Notes under the pieces: generated by a model
What the model was told of the DNA's origin: nothing
The model's database searches: none
Seen by the model: the letters and a program-made list of their open reading frames with translations, nothing else
From: Limisphaerales bacterium
GTDB lineage: Bacteria; Verrucomicrobiota; Verrucomicrobiia; Limisphaerales; JBGAJN01
Assembly (NCBI GenBank): GCA_044224905.1
Contig: JBGAJN010000001.1
Span: forward strand, 1,079,266-1,143,265
DNA length: 64,000 nt
Direction: 5' to 3'
Translations under genes and position numbers: made by a program
Shown: positions 25,402-33,639 of the stretch, in pieces
How the letters are laid out: the number at the start of each line of letters is the position of its first letter
How positions within the stretch are numbered: the first letter of the stretch is position 1

Positions 25402-26175
25402 TTAGAGGCGCACTGGAATGCCCTGCGCTGCCAGATGCTTCTTCACCTCGGCGACGCTGAATTCCCCGAAGTGAAAAATACTCGCGGCCAGCACGGCGTC
25501 AGCCCGGCCTTCGAGAAGCACGTCCGCCATGTGCTGCAACGTGCCCGCGCCGCCGCTCGCCACGACGGGCACGCCGACGGATTCGCTGATGCGCCGCGTG
25601 ATGACGAGGTCGAAACCTTTCTTCGTTCCATCGGCGTCGATGCTGTTGAGCACGATTTCGCCGGCGCCCAGTTGCACGGCGCGCTTGGCCCATTCAACGG
25701 CTTCGAGACCGGTGGCCTTGCGACCGCCTTGGGCGAAGACTTCCCAGCGATCCGGCGCGACCTTCTTAGCGTCGATCGAGACCACGATGCATTGGCTGCC
25801 GAATTTTTCCGCGCCGGCACGGATGAGATCGGGATTGGCGAGGGCCGAGGAATTGATGCTCGTCTTGTCCGCGCCCGCGCGGAGCATGGCATACATGTCG
25901 TCCACGGTGCGGATGCCGCCACCCACGGTCAGCGGCATGAAGCATTCGTCGGCGACACGTTCGATCACGTCGACCATCGTCTTGCGGCCGTGCGCGCTGG
26001 CGGTGATGTCGAAGAAAACCATTTCGTCGGCACCCTGCGCGTTGTAGCGGAGCGCGAGTTCGACGGGGTCGCCGACATTGCGCAATTCGCCGGCCTCGGC
26101 CTTGCCGAATTGCTGGCCGCGCGTGACCTGTCCGTCGTGGACGTCGAGGCAAGGGATGACTCGTTTGGCGAGCAT
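25402..26175 (-). CDS. hisF: imidazole glycerol phosphate synthase, cyclase subunit
   Basis: [21 protein letters not shown]...G DPVELA..Y...[12 protein letters not shown]... ends in the typical HisF C-terminus. The track ORF (to 26325) was trimmed to the conserved MLAKR start, giving 257 aa. Confidence 0.93.
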   Translation of the reverse strand: MLAKRVIPCLDVHDGQVTRGQQFGKAEAGELRNVGDPVELALRYNAQGADEMVFFDITASAHGRKTMVDVIERVADECFMPLTVGGGIRTVDDMYAMLRAGADKTSINSSALANPDLIRAGAEKFGSQCIVVSIDAKKVAPDRWEVFAQGGRKATGLEAVEWAKRAVQLGAGEIVLNSIDADGTKKGFDLVITRRISESVGVPVVASGGAGTLQHMADVLLEGRADAVLAASIFHFGEFSVAEVKKHLAAQGIPVRL

Positions 26176-26348
26176 GTGTTTGTTCTTCGGCCCGTTCAGG
26201 CCGGACGACATGTTTGCCATTCCTCGCGCGCGAACACAATGCTGATGATGGGTAAATGACTGACAACGCGTGGTTTTACGGATCAGATTTCCCGTGCTAG
26301 CGTGCTGTTGAATAGAGAAGCTCAATGGTTGTCCAACGATTTGTATTT

Positions 26349-26804
26349 ATGAAGAAGCTGCTCGTCATGGTCGTGTTTGCCGTGAGTTGCCTGGGCGTTC
26401 GCGCGCAATTGTTCACGCCGGATTCGTTCACTGGCGCGTTGCTGGGAGCGGGCCTCGGCGCGGCTATCGGTCACGGCGCGGGTGATGCCGGCAAAGGCGC
26501 GGCCATCGGAGCAGCGTCGGGGTGGTTTCTCGGCACGGTGGCGAATGACTACCGCCGCTCGCGTTATGATGGTTTTTATGGCTACGGGTATTCGCCGTAT
26601 CGGCACCATTACTATTATGCGCCCGGCTACGGTTACGCGCCGTATCGTGTCGCCTACGCGAACAATCCCGTGGTCGTATATCAACAACCCGCAGCGCCGG
26701 TCGCGCAAACGGAGACGGCTCCACCGCCCACCGACCCCCAACCGAACTACACCCCGCGTCCAGCGCGCGCCATGGACGGTGCGAATAGCTTGTTCGGGCG
26801 TTGA
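26349..26804 (+). CDS. secreted glycine-zipper protein with Tyr/Pro-rich tail
   Basis: Signal peptide MKKLLVMVVFAVSCLGVRA, then a glycine zipper GALLGAGLGAAIGHGAGDAGKGAAIGAASGWFLG, then YGYGYSPYRHHYYYAPGYGYAPY. Confidence 0.7.
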   Translation: MKKLLVMVVFAVSCLGVRAQLFTPDSFTGALLGAGLGAAIGHGAGDAGKGAAIGAASGWFLGTVANDYRRSRYDGFYGYGYSPYRHHYYYAPGYGYAPYRVAYANNPVVVYQQPAAPVAQTETAPPPTDPQPNYTPRPARAMDGANSLFGR

Positions 26805-26854
26805 TTTGATTGAGTGCTTTCGGCACCCTCCGTGTCCCTAGATTGAATCTGACT

Positions 26855-27478
26855 ATGAAAATGAAATTGTCTCTTCTCGTTGCCGTCGCAGCCGCCGCCG
26901 TTTTCACCGGTTGCGCCACCAGTGGTGTGAAAAATCCCTCCGGCGTGCCCGTTACCGTGATGAAGGCCGATGAACAAGGCTTCGTCGCCGGCACCGGCAT
27001 CGAATCGCAAGATCTCGTATCGGTGACCGAGAAAATGGCGCGCGGCATTGTCGGCATCCCGCAGATTGCCGCCGCGAAGACTCCCCCGCGCGTCGTGCTC
27101 GAACCGGTTAAGAACGAGACGCGCTTCCCTATCAACAAGGACATTTTCCTCACCCGTATCCGCACGCAGCTAAACTCCAAGGCCACCGGTAAGGTGATCT
27201 TCCTGGCGCGCGAAAACATGGCGGCGCTCGAACGTGAACGTGCGCTCAAGCAATCCGGCCAAGTCACCGCGAGCAGCGATCCCAACGTGGTTGAATTCAA
27301 GGGCGCGGATTATTTTCTCACCGGCTCGTTGCAGGGCATGACGACCAAGGCGGCCGCCGGCACCAGCGATTACGTGCTCTATAGCTTCCGCCTCATCGAC
27401 GCGCGCACCAGCGACATCATCTGGGAAGACGCGGCCGAGATTAAGAAGCAGGGCCTCGAAGACGCGGTGTATCGCTGA
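26855..27478 (+). CDS. LpoB-like (penicillin-binding protein activator LpoB family) lipoprotein
   Basis: Lipobox AAAVFTGC. The body pattern VVLEPVKNETRFPINKDIFLTRIRTQLNSKATGKVIFL ... ADYFLTGSLQGM ... YVLYSFRLIDARTSDIIWED parallels E. coli LpoB (VDSVNNRTNG..LRNAL..NGKFTLV...AHYVLYSS...LQMQLMLVQTGEIIW). Confidence 0.7.
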   Translation: MKMKLSLLVAVAAAAVFTGCATSGVKNPSGVPVTVMKADEQGFVAGTGIESQDLVSVTEKMARGIVGIPQIAAAKTPPRVVLEPVKNETRFPINKDIFLTRIRTQLNSKATGKVIFLARENMAALERERALKQSGQVTASSDPNVVEFKGADYFLTGSLQGMTTKAAAGTSDYVLYSFRLIDARTSDIIWEDAAEIKKQGLEDAVYR

Positions 27479-27508
27479 GCTTCGCTGCGAAGTTCTCTTC
27501 TCACGCGC

Positions 27509-28624
27509 ATGAAACCGCTTGGCTGGTCGTTGCTTTGTCTTGCCGTCGTCGGCCTCACCGGCTGCGCGACCACCAACACGCCCGAAGCCCGCGCTGCCGC
27601 GGAGAAGCGCGACAAAATGATGTGGGATTGCCGCAAGGCGACCACGGCCATGCGCCAGGGAAAATTCGAGGAAGCCAAGCCGCTGCTCGACGACGCGTTG
27701 CTCACGATCAACGCGAGTTCCGCGCAGGACAAACAGGCGAAGAAGGCGCGCGGCACGTTTCATCGCGAGAGCGAAAAGATTTTTCGCGGCGAGCCCTACG
27801 AGCGCGTGATGGCGTACTTCTATCGCGGGATGATCTACTGGATGGAAGGCGAGCTCGACAACGCGCGCGCCTGCTATCGCAGCGGTCAGCTCGAAGACGG
27901 CGACACGGAAAACAAAGCGTACGCGAGTGACTACGTGTTGCTTGATTATCTCGACGGCTTCATCACGACGAAACTGGGCGGCGATGGCAGCGAACATTTC
28001 AGACGTGCCGAATCCGTCAGTAACCAAAAGCCTCTGCCGCCCTACGATCCGAAGGCGAACACGGTATTCTTCGCCGAGTTCGGTCGCGGTCCCACGAAGT
28101 ACGCTGCCGGCCAATATGGTGAACAGTTGCGCTTTCATCCGGGCCACTCCGATGCCACGCGCGCCGAAGTGAGCGTTGCTGGGCAGACCCTGAAGCTGGT
28201 CGCCTTGGATGACTTGTCGTATCAGGCGACAACCCGGGGCGGTCGCGTGATGGATCACATTCTCGGCAATAAAGCGGTGTTCAAAACTTCTACGAGCGCG
28301 TTGGGCGACGCCGCGATTATCAGCGGCGCCGCAGTCGGCGCAACGACACGCAACAGCGAAGTCGCTCTCGGCCTGATCGCCGCGGGCATTCTCAGCAAAA
28401 TCGTTTCGGGAGCGGCGACGCCCGAGGCTGACACGCGGGAATGGGGAACCCTGCCGCAGTATTTGAGCTTTGGCGCGTTGGCGCTGCCGCCGGGACAACA
28501 CACCGGAACGATCGAATTCTTCGATGCGAAAGGCCGCCGCTTGCCAAATATGAAAAAGACCGTGACCTTTAACGCGTTGAAAGATCGCGACACTGTCGTT
28601 TTCATCAGCGACCAAAACAACTGA
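27509..28624 (+). CDS. lipoprotein with N-terminal TPR-like helical region, unknown function
   Basis: Lipobox VVGLTGC, 371 aa. The motif GEPYERVMAYFYRGMIYWMEGELDNARACYRSG is TPR-like. Members of this uncharacterised family are, to my recollection, often sandwiched between lpoB-like and ycfL-like genes. Confidence 0.7.
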   Translation: MKPLGWSLLCLAVVGLTGCATTNTPEARAAAEKRDKMMWDCRKATTAMRQGKFEEAKPLLDDALLTINASSAQDKQAKKARGTFHRESEKIFRGEPYERVMAYFYRGMIYWMEGELDNARACYRSGQLEDGDTENKAYASDYVLLDYLDGFITTKLGGDGSEHFRRAESVSNQKPLPPYDPKANTVFFAEFGRGPTKYAAGQYGEQLRFHPGHSDATRAEVSVAGQTLKLVALDDLSYQATTRGGRVMDHILGNKAVFKTSTSALGDAAIISGAAVGATTRNSEVALGLIAAGILSKIVSGAATPEADTREWGTLPQYLSFGALALPPGQHTGTIEFFDAKGRRLPNMKKTVTFNALKDRDTVVFISDQNN

Positions 28625-28638
28625 GTTCAAATCCGTTT

Positions 28639-29055
28639 ATGAAATCATCCCTTGTTGCCCTCCTTTCGCTCGCCACCGCGGGCGCGGTGTTCACCGGTTG
28701 CCAGACGCACGAAGGCGCTTATGCCCCTGTGAACACGACGACCCACGCGCTCGAAAACACCGAACCGTTCGTACTGCTCGATGCGGGCGCCCAACGCTCG
28801 GTCACAACGTCCGGCATTCAACAAGGCGTGACGACCGACGGACGGCTCACGATCGCTGTGAACCTGCGCAACCGCGAGAACCGACGCATTCAGGTGCAGG
28901 TGAATTGCGTGTTCAAGGATGAGCAGGGTTTCGCGGTCGATGATCTGCCATTCCAAGACGTGATCCTGACCGAGAACGCGCAGGAGACGGTGCGGTTCAC
29001 CGCGTTGCACACCACGGCGAAGAAATACACCGTGCGCGTGCGTGAAGCGCGTTGA
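28639..29055 (+). CDS. YcfL-like (DUF1425) lipoprotein
   Basis: Lipobox GAVFTGC. The beta-rich C-terminus LTIAVNLRNRENRRIQVQVNCVFKDEQGFAVDD...VILTENAQETVRFTAL...AKKYTVRVR parallels E. coli YcfL (..VTVHYRFYWYDARGLEM...VTIPAHSAVTL...AHKVRLYL). Confidence 0.65.
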   Translation: MKSSLVALLSLATAGAVFTGCQTHEGAYAPVNTTTHALENTEPFVLLDAGAQRSVTTSGIQQGVTTDGRLTIAVNLRNRENRRIQVQVNCVFKDEQGFAVDDLPFQDVILTENAQETVRFTALHTTAKKYTVRVREAR

Positions 29056-29100
29056 TCTTTGGATTTGTCGGTGTCGGAAAAACTGAAACGGAGAAACGTT

Positions 29101-30000
29101 ATGAAGACTGCTGCGATGATTTTGCTGGCGATGACTTCGGTGGCGCTCGCGCAAAAGCCCGAGCCGCTCAAAGTGCAAAACGTTCCCGAAGCGCCACTGG
29201 CACCCGCGCCGATTTTCTCGGCGACCACCGCGGCGATGCCCTCAGGTGGCTACGTATACGAACAGAAAGCTTACGCCGGACGTTCGTACCTGATCTCTCC
29301 GGAGCAAGCGCAGGGGATCATTGAAAAATTCAAGGGCGCTCTCGCCAAGGCAAACACGCAGCGTTTCGTTGTCTATGTCAACCGCGAACTGGTGGACGAC
29401 AAATCCGGACTGAAACTGACCAGCCGCAGGGAAGATACGCGCACGGAGAAGAGCTCCACTTCGGCGGCCGGAAAAACCGACGGTGGCTCAACCACGGAAA
29501 CCGTGAAGGGCGAGAATCGCTATCGCGTTCAAGAATCGGAAACGCCGACATTGGCGGACAAGCAAACGGTTCGCGACTTGGAACGGTTGTTCGGTCGTCC
29601 GATGCGCGCGGCGGGAGTGAAGCTGGTGGATCAACGAGTCGCCGCGCAGATGCTTTCGGAAAAGCCGCTCGAGAATTACCTTTCGGCCAAAGACGGTCAG
29701 GCGGCGAAGGATCGCGAAGTGCTTAAGGGGCTGACCGATATTGTGATCGAGGTGTTGATCACCTCGAAGAACGTCACGGTTCCCGAAGTTTCGGGCGATC
29801 GGACTTACGTGGTTCCCGATCTCCAAGCCACCGCGATCCGACTCAGTGATTCGCAGATCGTTGGCCAAGCGACCGCCGCAGAACTGACCGGTCGCGGAAG
29901 TTCCGCCGGCTTCACGGCGCGCCAATTTGACGTCCACGACATCGCGGAGGCGACTTCGTTGCTGCTGATGCAGGATATGGCGACTTCGCTGGACAAATAA
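29101..30000 (+). CDS. secreted protein, C-terminal half LpoB/CsgG-like (unknown function)
   Basis: SPI-type signal MKTAAMILLAMTSVALA. The C-terminal pattern TDIVIEVLITSKN...VVPDLQATAIRLSDSQIVGQATA echoes the LpoB-like gene at 26855. The track ORF was trimmed from 29059. Confidence 0.6.
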   Translation: MKTAAMILLAMTSVALAQKPEPLKVQNVPEAPLAPAPIFSATTAAMPSGGYVYEQKAYAGRSYLISPEQAQGIIEKFKGALAKANTQRFVVYVNRELVDDKSGLKLTSRREDTRTEKSSTSAAGKTDGGSTTETVKGENRYRVQESETPTLADKQTVRDLERLFGRPMRAAGVKLVDQRVAAQMLSEKPLENYLSAKDGQAAKDREVLKGLTDIVIEVLITSKNVTVPEVSGDRTYVVPDLQATAIRLSDSQIVGQATAAELTGRGSSAGFTARQFDVHDIAEATSLLLMQDMATSLDK

Positions 30001-30020
30001 TTCTGCGTTTCCAACGCGAG

Positions 30021-30052
30021 GCTCCACGGGTGTTAACCGGTGGAGCTTTTTT
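30021..30052 (+). terminator. rho-independent terminator closing the lipoprotein cluster
   Basis: GCTCCAC 30021-30027 pairs with GTGGAGC 30040-30046 and is followed by TTTTTT. Confidence 0.7.
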
Positions 30053-30084
30053 GTCGGTGCGATCCGGCGGGACGGGCCGGCAGT

Positions 30085-30819
30085 CTACACCGGCTTTTCG
30101 GCAACGTTGATACTCATGATGCCACCCAGGAGATTGACGATGCGCGGATTCACGAACCGAAGCTCGCGCATCTTCGCGTCGACGCCGCGTTGGCCGGGAT
30201 AGTGTTTGAGGGATTCGAGGATATAAGCGTGCGTCGCCGCATCGCCGCAGAGGAGTTTGCCAAACACCGGAACGAGCCAACGCAGGTAGGCGAAATACAG
30301 CGCGCGCCAAGCAGCGTTGTCGGGCTTGCCGAAATCGAGCACTAGCACGCGACCGCCGGGTTTCGCGACACGGAACATTTCGCGCAAACCACGTTCAAGA
30401 CTCGCGAGGTTCCTCAATCCGTAGCTGATCGTCACCACGTCGAAGGAATTGTCGGGAAATGGAATGCTTTGGGCGTCACCGCGTAGGAAATGCGGCGCGT
30501 GGGGCGCGTCGGCGGCACGTTTTCCCGCCACAGCGAGCATCGGCGCACTGAAATCCAATCCCGTTACGTCGGCTCCACACGCAGCTAGCGCGAAGGCGAC
30601 GTCACCCGTACCGCAGCAAAGGTCGAGGGCGCGTTGCTGGGATTGCAGGCCGGTGAGTTTTACCAACCGACGCTTCCAAGCGCGGTGCAGGCCAAGGCTT
30701 TGAAGGTCGTTGATCAGGTCGTAACGCGGGGCGATGGCCGCAAAGAGATCGTTGACCCGCGCGGCGCGCGCTTCGCTCGGATCGTAGAATTTATTGGCCA
30801 TGCCGGAGGAGGTTAGCAC
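30085..30819 (-). CDS. ubiE: demethylmenaquinone / ubiquinone biosynthesis C-methyltransferase
   Basis: 244 aa. Contains YD.IND..S.G.HR.WK, the SAM motif LDLCCGTGD, and NSFD.VTISYGLRN. Confidence 0.9.
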   Translation of the reverse strand: MLTSSGMANKFYDPSEARAARVNDLFAAIAPRYDLINDLQSLGLHRAWKRRLVKLTGLQSQQRALDLCCGTGDVAFALAACGADVTGLDFSAPMLAVAGKRAADAPHAPHFLRGDAQSIPFPDNSFDVVTISYGLRNLASLERGLREMFRVAKPGGRVLVLDFGKPDNAAWRALYFAYLRWLVPVFGKLLCGDAATHAYILESLKHYPGQRGVDAKMRELRFVNPRIVNLLGGIMSINVAEKPV

Positions 30820-30973
30820 AGAGCCGCAGGAGAATGCACCGCTTCAACTTTTCCCGGAAGATTGTCGATTATCAGAATTGGAAACAGAGCGTCCCTGATT
30901 GGCGCATTTAAGTAATTGCAGACATTTGACGAATTGAGAATAGGCCCAGGCTGATTGGCAGGGCGAAAACTTT

Positions 30974-31825
30974 ATGGCAACCGAAGCAGCAAATCCGGCG
31001 GCGGCAAAAGAAGATCCTCAGTTGTTGCAGACAATTGAGATGTTCGAGGTCATTACCCAGTCGCAGCCGCACGATTGCCAGTCGCTCGAAATCCTCAAAG
31101 AAGCCTACGCCAAACTCGGTCGCCACAAGGATTACATCGATGCTTCCAAGCGCATCGCGCAAGCTTACGTGGCGATGGGGCAACTTTCCTCGGCGATTCT
31201 GGAATACGAGAGCATTCTCCAGCGTTTTCCCGATGATCCCGACGTTCAGAAGGCGCTGAATGCCATCGAAGGCCAGGCGAATAATCTCACCGCGGCACCG
31301 GCGACGTTCGACACGGATTTCCACAAGAAGACGACCGACGGCAAGAAGAGCCAGCCGGGACGAATTATCACCGACTTTGATGACGGCAAGAGCTCGATGC
31401 ACAAGCTTTTCGTTGAGAGCAAAGAAATCACTCAACCGGACTTCGATCTTTGCTGGGGCAAGCCTGATCCGAATGACGAGCCATCGCAGGTGATTGAACC
31501 TTTCCTGCAGGTTGTCGCCGATCGCGCGCTGATGGCGATTGAAAAATCCATGAAGCTCCTGGCCTCCAGCACTGGGCTTTGTTACCTGCCGCTGGAACGT
31601 TACGACTTTGACATCGATCTGGCGCGCACGTTTCCCAAGGCGGTTTGCCGCCGTTGGTGCGTGTTGCCGATTGATCGCATGAGCAAGTCGGTGATGGTCG
31701 CGACGTGCAATCCTTTTAACAAGCAGGCGGCCCTCGAACTCGAGGCGGCCACGAATCATCGCCTGCTTTGGTATCTCTCGCCCCCCCACGAAATCGTGAA
31801 AGCGATCAAAAAGGCTTTCCGGTAA
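30974..31825 (+). CDS. TPR + T2SSE_N (GspE/PilB N-terminal-like) domain protein
   Basis: N-terminal TPR-like helices (EAYAKLGRHKDYIDASKRIAQAYVAMGQLSSAILEYESILQRFPDDPD). The C-terminus LPLERYDFDIDLARTFPKAVCRRWCVLPIDRMSKSVMVATCNPFNKQAALELEAATNHRLLWYLSPPHEIVKAIKKAF matches the second half of the secretion-ATPase N-domain. It ends 18 nt before pilB. Confidence 0.7.
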   Translation: MATEAANPAAAKEDPQLLQTIEMFEVITQSQPHDCQSLEILKEAYAKLGRHKDYIDASKRIAQAYVAMGQLSSAILEYESILQRFPDDPDVQKALNAIEGQANNLTAAPATFDTDFHKKTTDGKKSQPGRIITDFDDGKSSMHKLFVESKEITQPDFDLCWGKPDPNDEPSQVIEPFLQVVADRALMAIEKSMKLLASSTGLCYLPLERYDFDIDLARTFPKAVCRRWCVLPIDRMSKSVMVATCNPFNKQAALELEAATNHRLLWYLSPPHEIVKAIKKAFR

Positions 31826-31843
31826 ACCCAGACACCTAGTCAC

Positions 31844-33580
31844 ATGGCTCCAGTCAAAAATTTTGGTGAACGCATCGCCGATGCCCTGATCGAAGATGGG
31901 CTGTTGTCGCCGGAACAGTTGACCGAACTGCTCGAGTTGCAGAAGAAGGAAGGCACGCGCCTTCTGAAGCTGATTCTCGGCAAAGGCTACGTCAACGAAG
32001 TCGACATGTCGGTGTCCATGGGCCGCGTGTTGAATACGCCGCCGGTCAATCTCGCCCGCGTTGGTATTCCGCCCGAAGTCAGCGAACTGGTCCCTAAGGA
32101 CATGGCGCAGAGCCACAAGGTCATCCCCGTTTCACGACTGGGAAATCGCCTTTACCTCTGCATGGCCGATCCGCTCAACGTGCTCGCGCTCGACGACGTC
32201 AAGCGCATCACGAAGTTGGAAGTCAGCCCGTTGATCGCGCCCGAGAAGGCCATTCTCGACAAGCTCAACAATCTCGACACGAAGACGGGCAGCATGGAGG
32301 ACATCATTCAGGACGCCGAGAAAAAGGCGGAACTGGATGCCGATGCTGAGAACGTTGAAGTTGCCAAAGAGAACGTCGAGCACATCAACCTTGATCAACT
32401 CGCCGCCTCCACCGAGGAAGCGCCCGTCATCAAGCTGGCGAACCTCATTCTCGTTCAGGCGATCAAGGATCGCGCGAGCGATATCCACATCGAGCCGTTC
32501 GAAAAAATGGTGCGCTTGCGTTACCGCATCGACGGCGCGCTCGTGGACGCGACGCCGCCGCCGAAGAATTTGCAGGTCGCGCTGATCTCGCGTTTGAAAA
32601 TCATGAGCAACCTCGACATCGCCGAGCGCCGCTTGCCGCAAGACGGCCGCATGCGCATGCGTGTTGGTGGTCGCGATATCGACGTCCGGGTTTCATTTCT
32701 CCCCACGGTACACGGCGAGAAATGCGTGCTCCGTATTCTCGATAAATCGAATCTCTCCGCGAGTCTCGACAAGCTGGGCCTCGATCCGGAAACATTCAAG
32801 CGCGTGAAAGCCGCCGTCGACGCACCGCATGGTTTGATCCTCGTCACCGGTCCGACTGGCTCTGGTAAGACCACCACGCTCTACTCGATTCTCAACGAGC
32901 TTAACAATCCCGACTACAACATTGTCACCGTTGAAGACCCGGTCGAATTCCAGATTCCCGGAATCAACCAGGTGCCGGTGCGCAAGGAAATCGGATTGAG
33001 CTTCGCCAACGCGCTGCGCTCGATTCTGCGTCAGGACCCGGACATCGTGATGATCGGTGAAATTCGCGATACGGAGACGGCAGAAATCGCCGTTGAAGCA
33101 TCCCTCACTGGTCACCAGGTGCTCAGCACGATGCACTGTAACGACGCTCCCGGCGCTATCTCGCGTCTCGACGACATGGGCATCGCCCCGTTCCTCATTT
33201 CGTCATCGGTGATTCTGTCGTGCGCACAACGCCTCATTCGCCGCATCTGCCCGAGTTGCAAAGAGCCGGTCACTTATCCGGCCAAGATGTTCAAAGACCT
33301 CGGTATCGAACCGAACTATTTCAACGGCGTGCAACTCTTCCGCGGTCGTGGCTGCGAACGCTGCAAGAACACCGGTTACGCCGGGCGTGCGGCGATCATT
33401 GAAGTCATGCCGATGAGCGAAGAAATCCACCGGCTGATCATCTCGCGCGGAAGCGCGCAGGATATTGGCAAAGTGGCCGTTGCTGAAGGCATGAAGACGT
33501 TGCGTTACGCCGCACTCGAGAAAGCTCGCGAAGGCCTCACGTCATTGGAGCAAGTGCTTGTCGTGACGGCGAATCACTAA
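31844..33580 (+). CDS. pilB: type IV pilus / type II secretion assembly ATPase (GspE/PilB family)
   Basis: 578 aa. Walker A GPTGSGKTT, Asp box, Walker B DPDIVMIGEIRD, His box, tetracysteine motif (CPSC...CERC), and an N-terminal T2SSE_N domain. Confidence 0.93.
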   Translation: MAPVKNFGERIADALIEDGLLSPEQLTELLELQKKEGTRLLKLILGKGYVNEVDMSVSMGRVLNTPPVNLARVGIPPEVSELVPKDMAQSHKVIPVSRLGNRLYLCMADPLNVLALDDVKRITKLEVSPLIAPEKAILDKLNNLDTKTGSMEDIIQDAEKKAELDADAENVEVAKENVEHINLDQLAASTEEAPVIKLANLILVQAIKDRASDIHIEPFEKMVRLRYRIDGALVDATPPPKNLQVALISRLKIMSNLDIAERRLPQDGRMRMRVGGRDIDVRVSFLPTVHGEKCVLRILDKSNLSASLDKLGLDPETFKRVKAAVDAPHGLILVTGPTGSGKTTTLYSILNELNNPDYNIVTVEDPVEFQIPGINQVPVRKEIGLSFANALRSILRQDPDIVMIGEIRDTETAEIAVEASLTGHQVLSTMHCNDAPGAISRLDDMGIAPFLISSSVILSCAQRLIRRICPSCKEPVTYPAKMFKDLGIEPNYFNGVQLFRGRGCERCKNTGYAGRAAIIEVMPMSEEIHRLIISRGSAQDIGKVAVAEGMKTLRYAALEKAREGLTSLEQVLVVTANH

Positions 33581-33639
33581 AGCGCGCCAGTCGGCTTTTC
33601 CCGCTTGTTCAATCCTCCGCGTTCGCGGAATCATCTTCC

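Noticed and set aside
25402-26325. Long N-terminal extensions in the ORF track for hisF. The same applies to 37414 (kdgD), 38531 (sdhC), 41871 (DUF4272-like), 57450 (frr), 12932, 13342, 19669, 26810 and 29059.
   Set aside because: The track reports the most upstream start, including alternative codons. Conserved family N-termini or signal peptides begin at internal ATGs, and several of the extensions overlap the preceding gene. Coordinates were trimmed accordingly.
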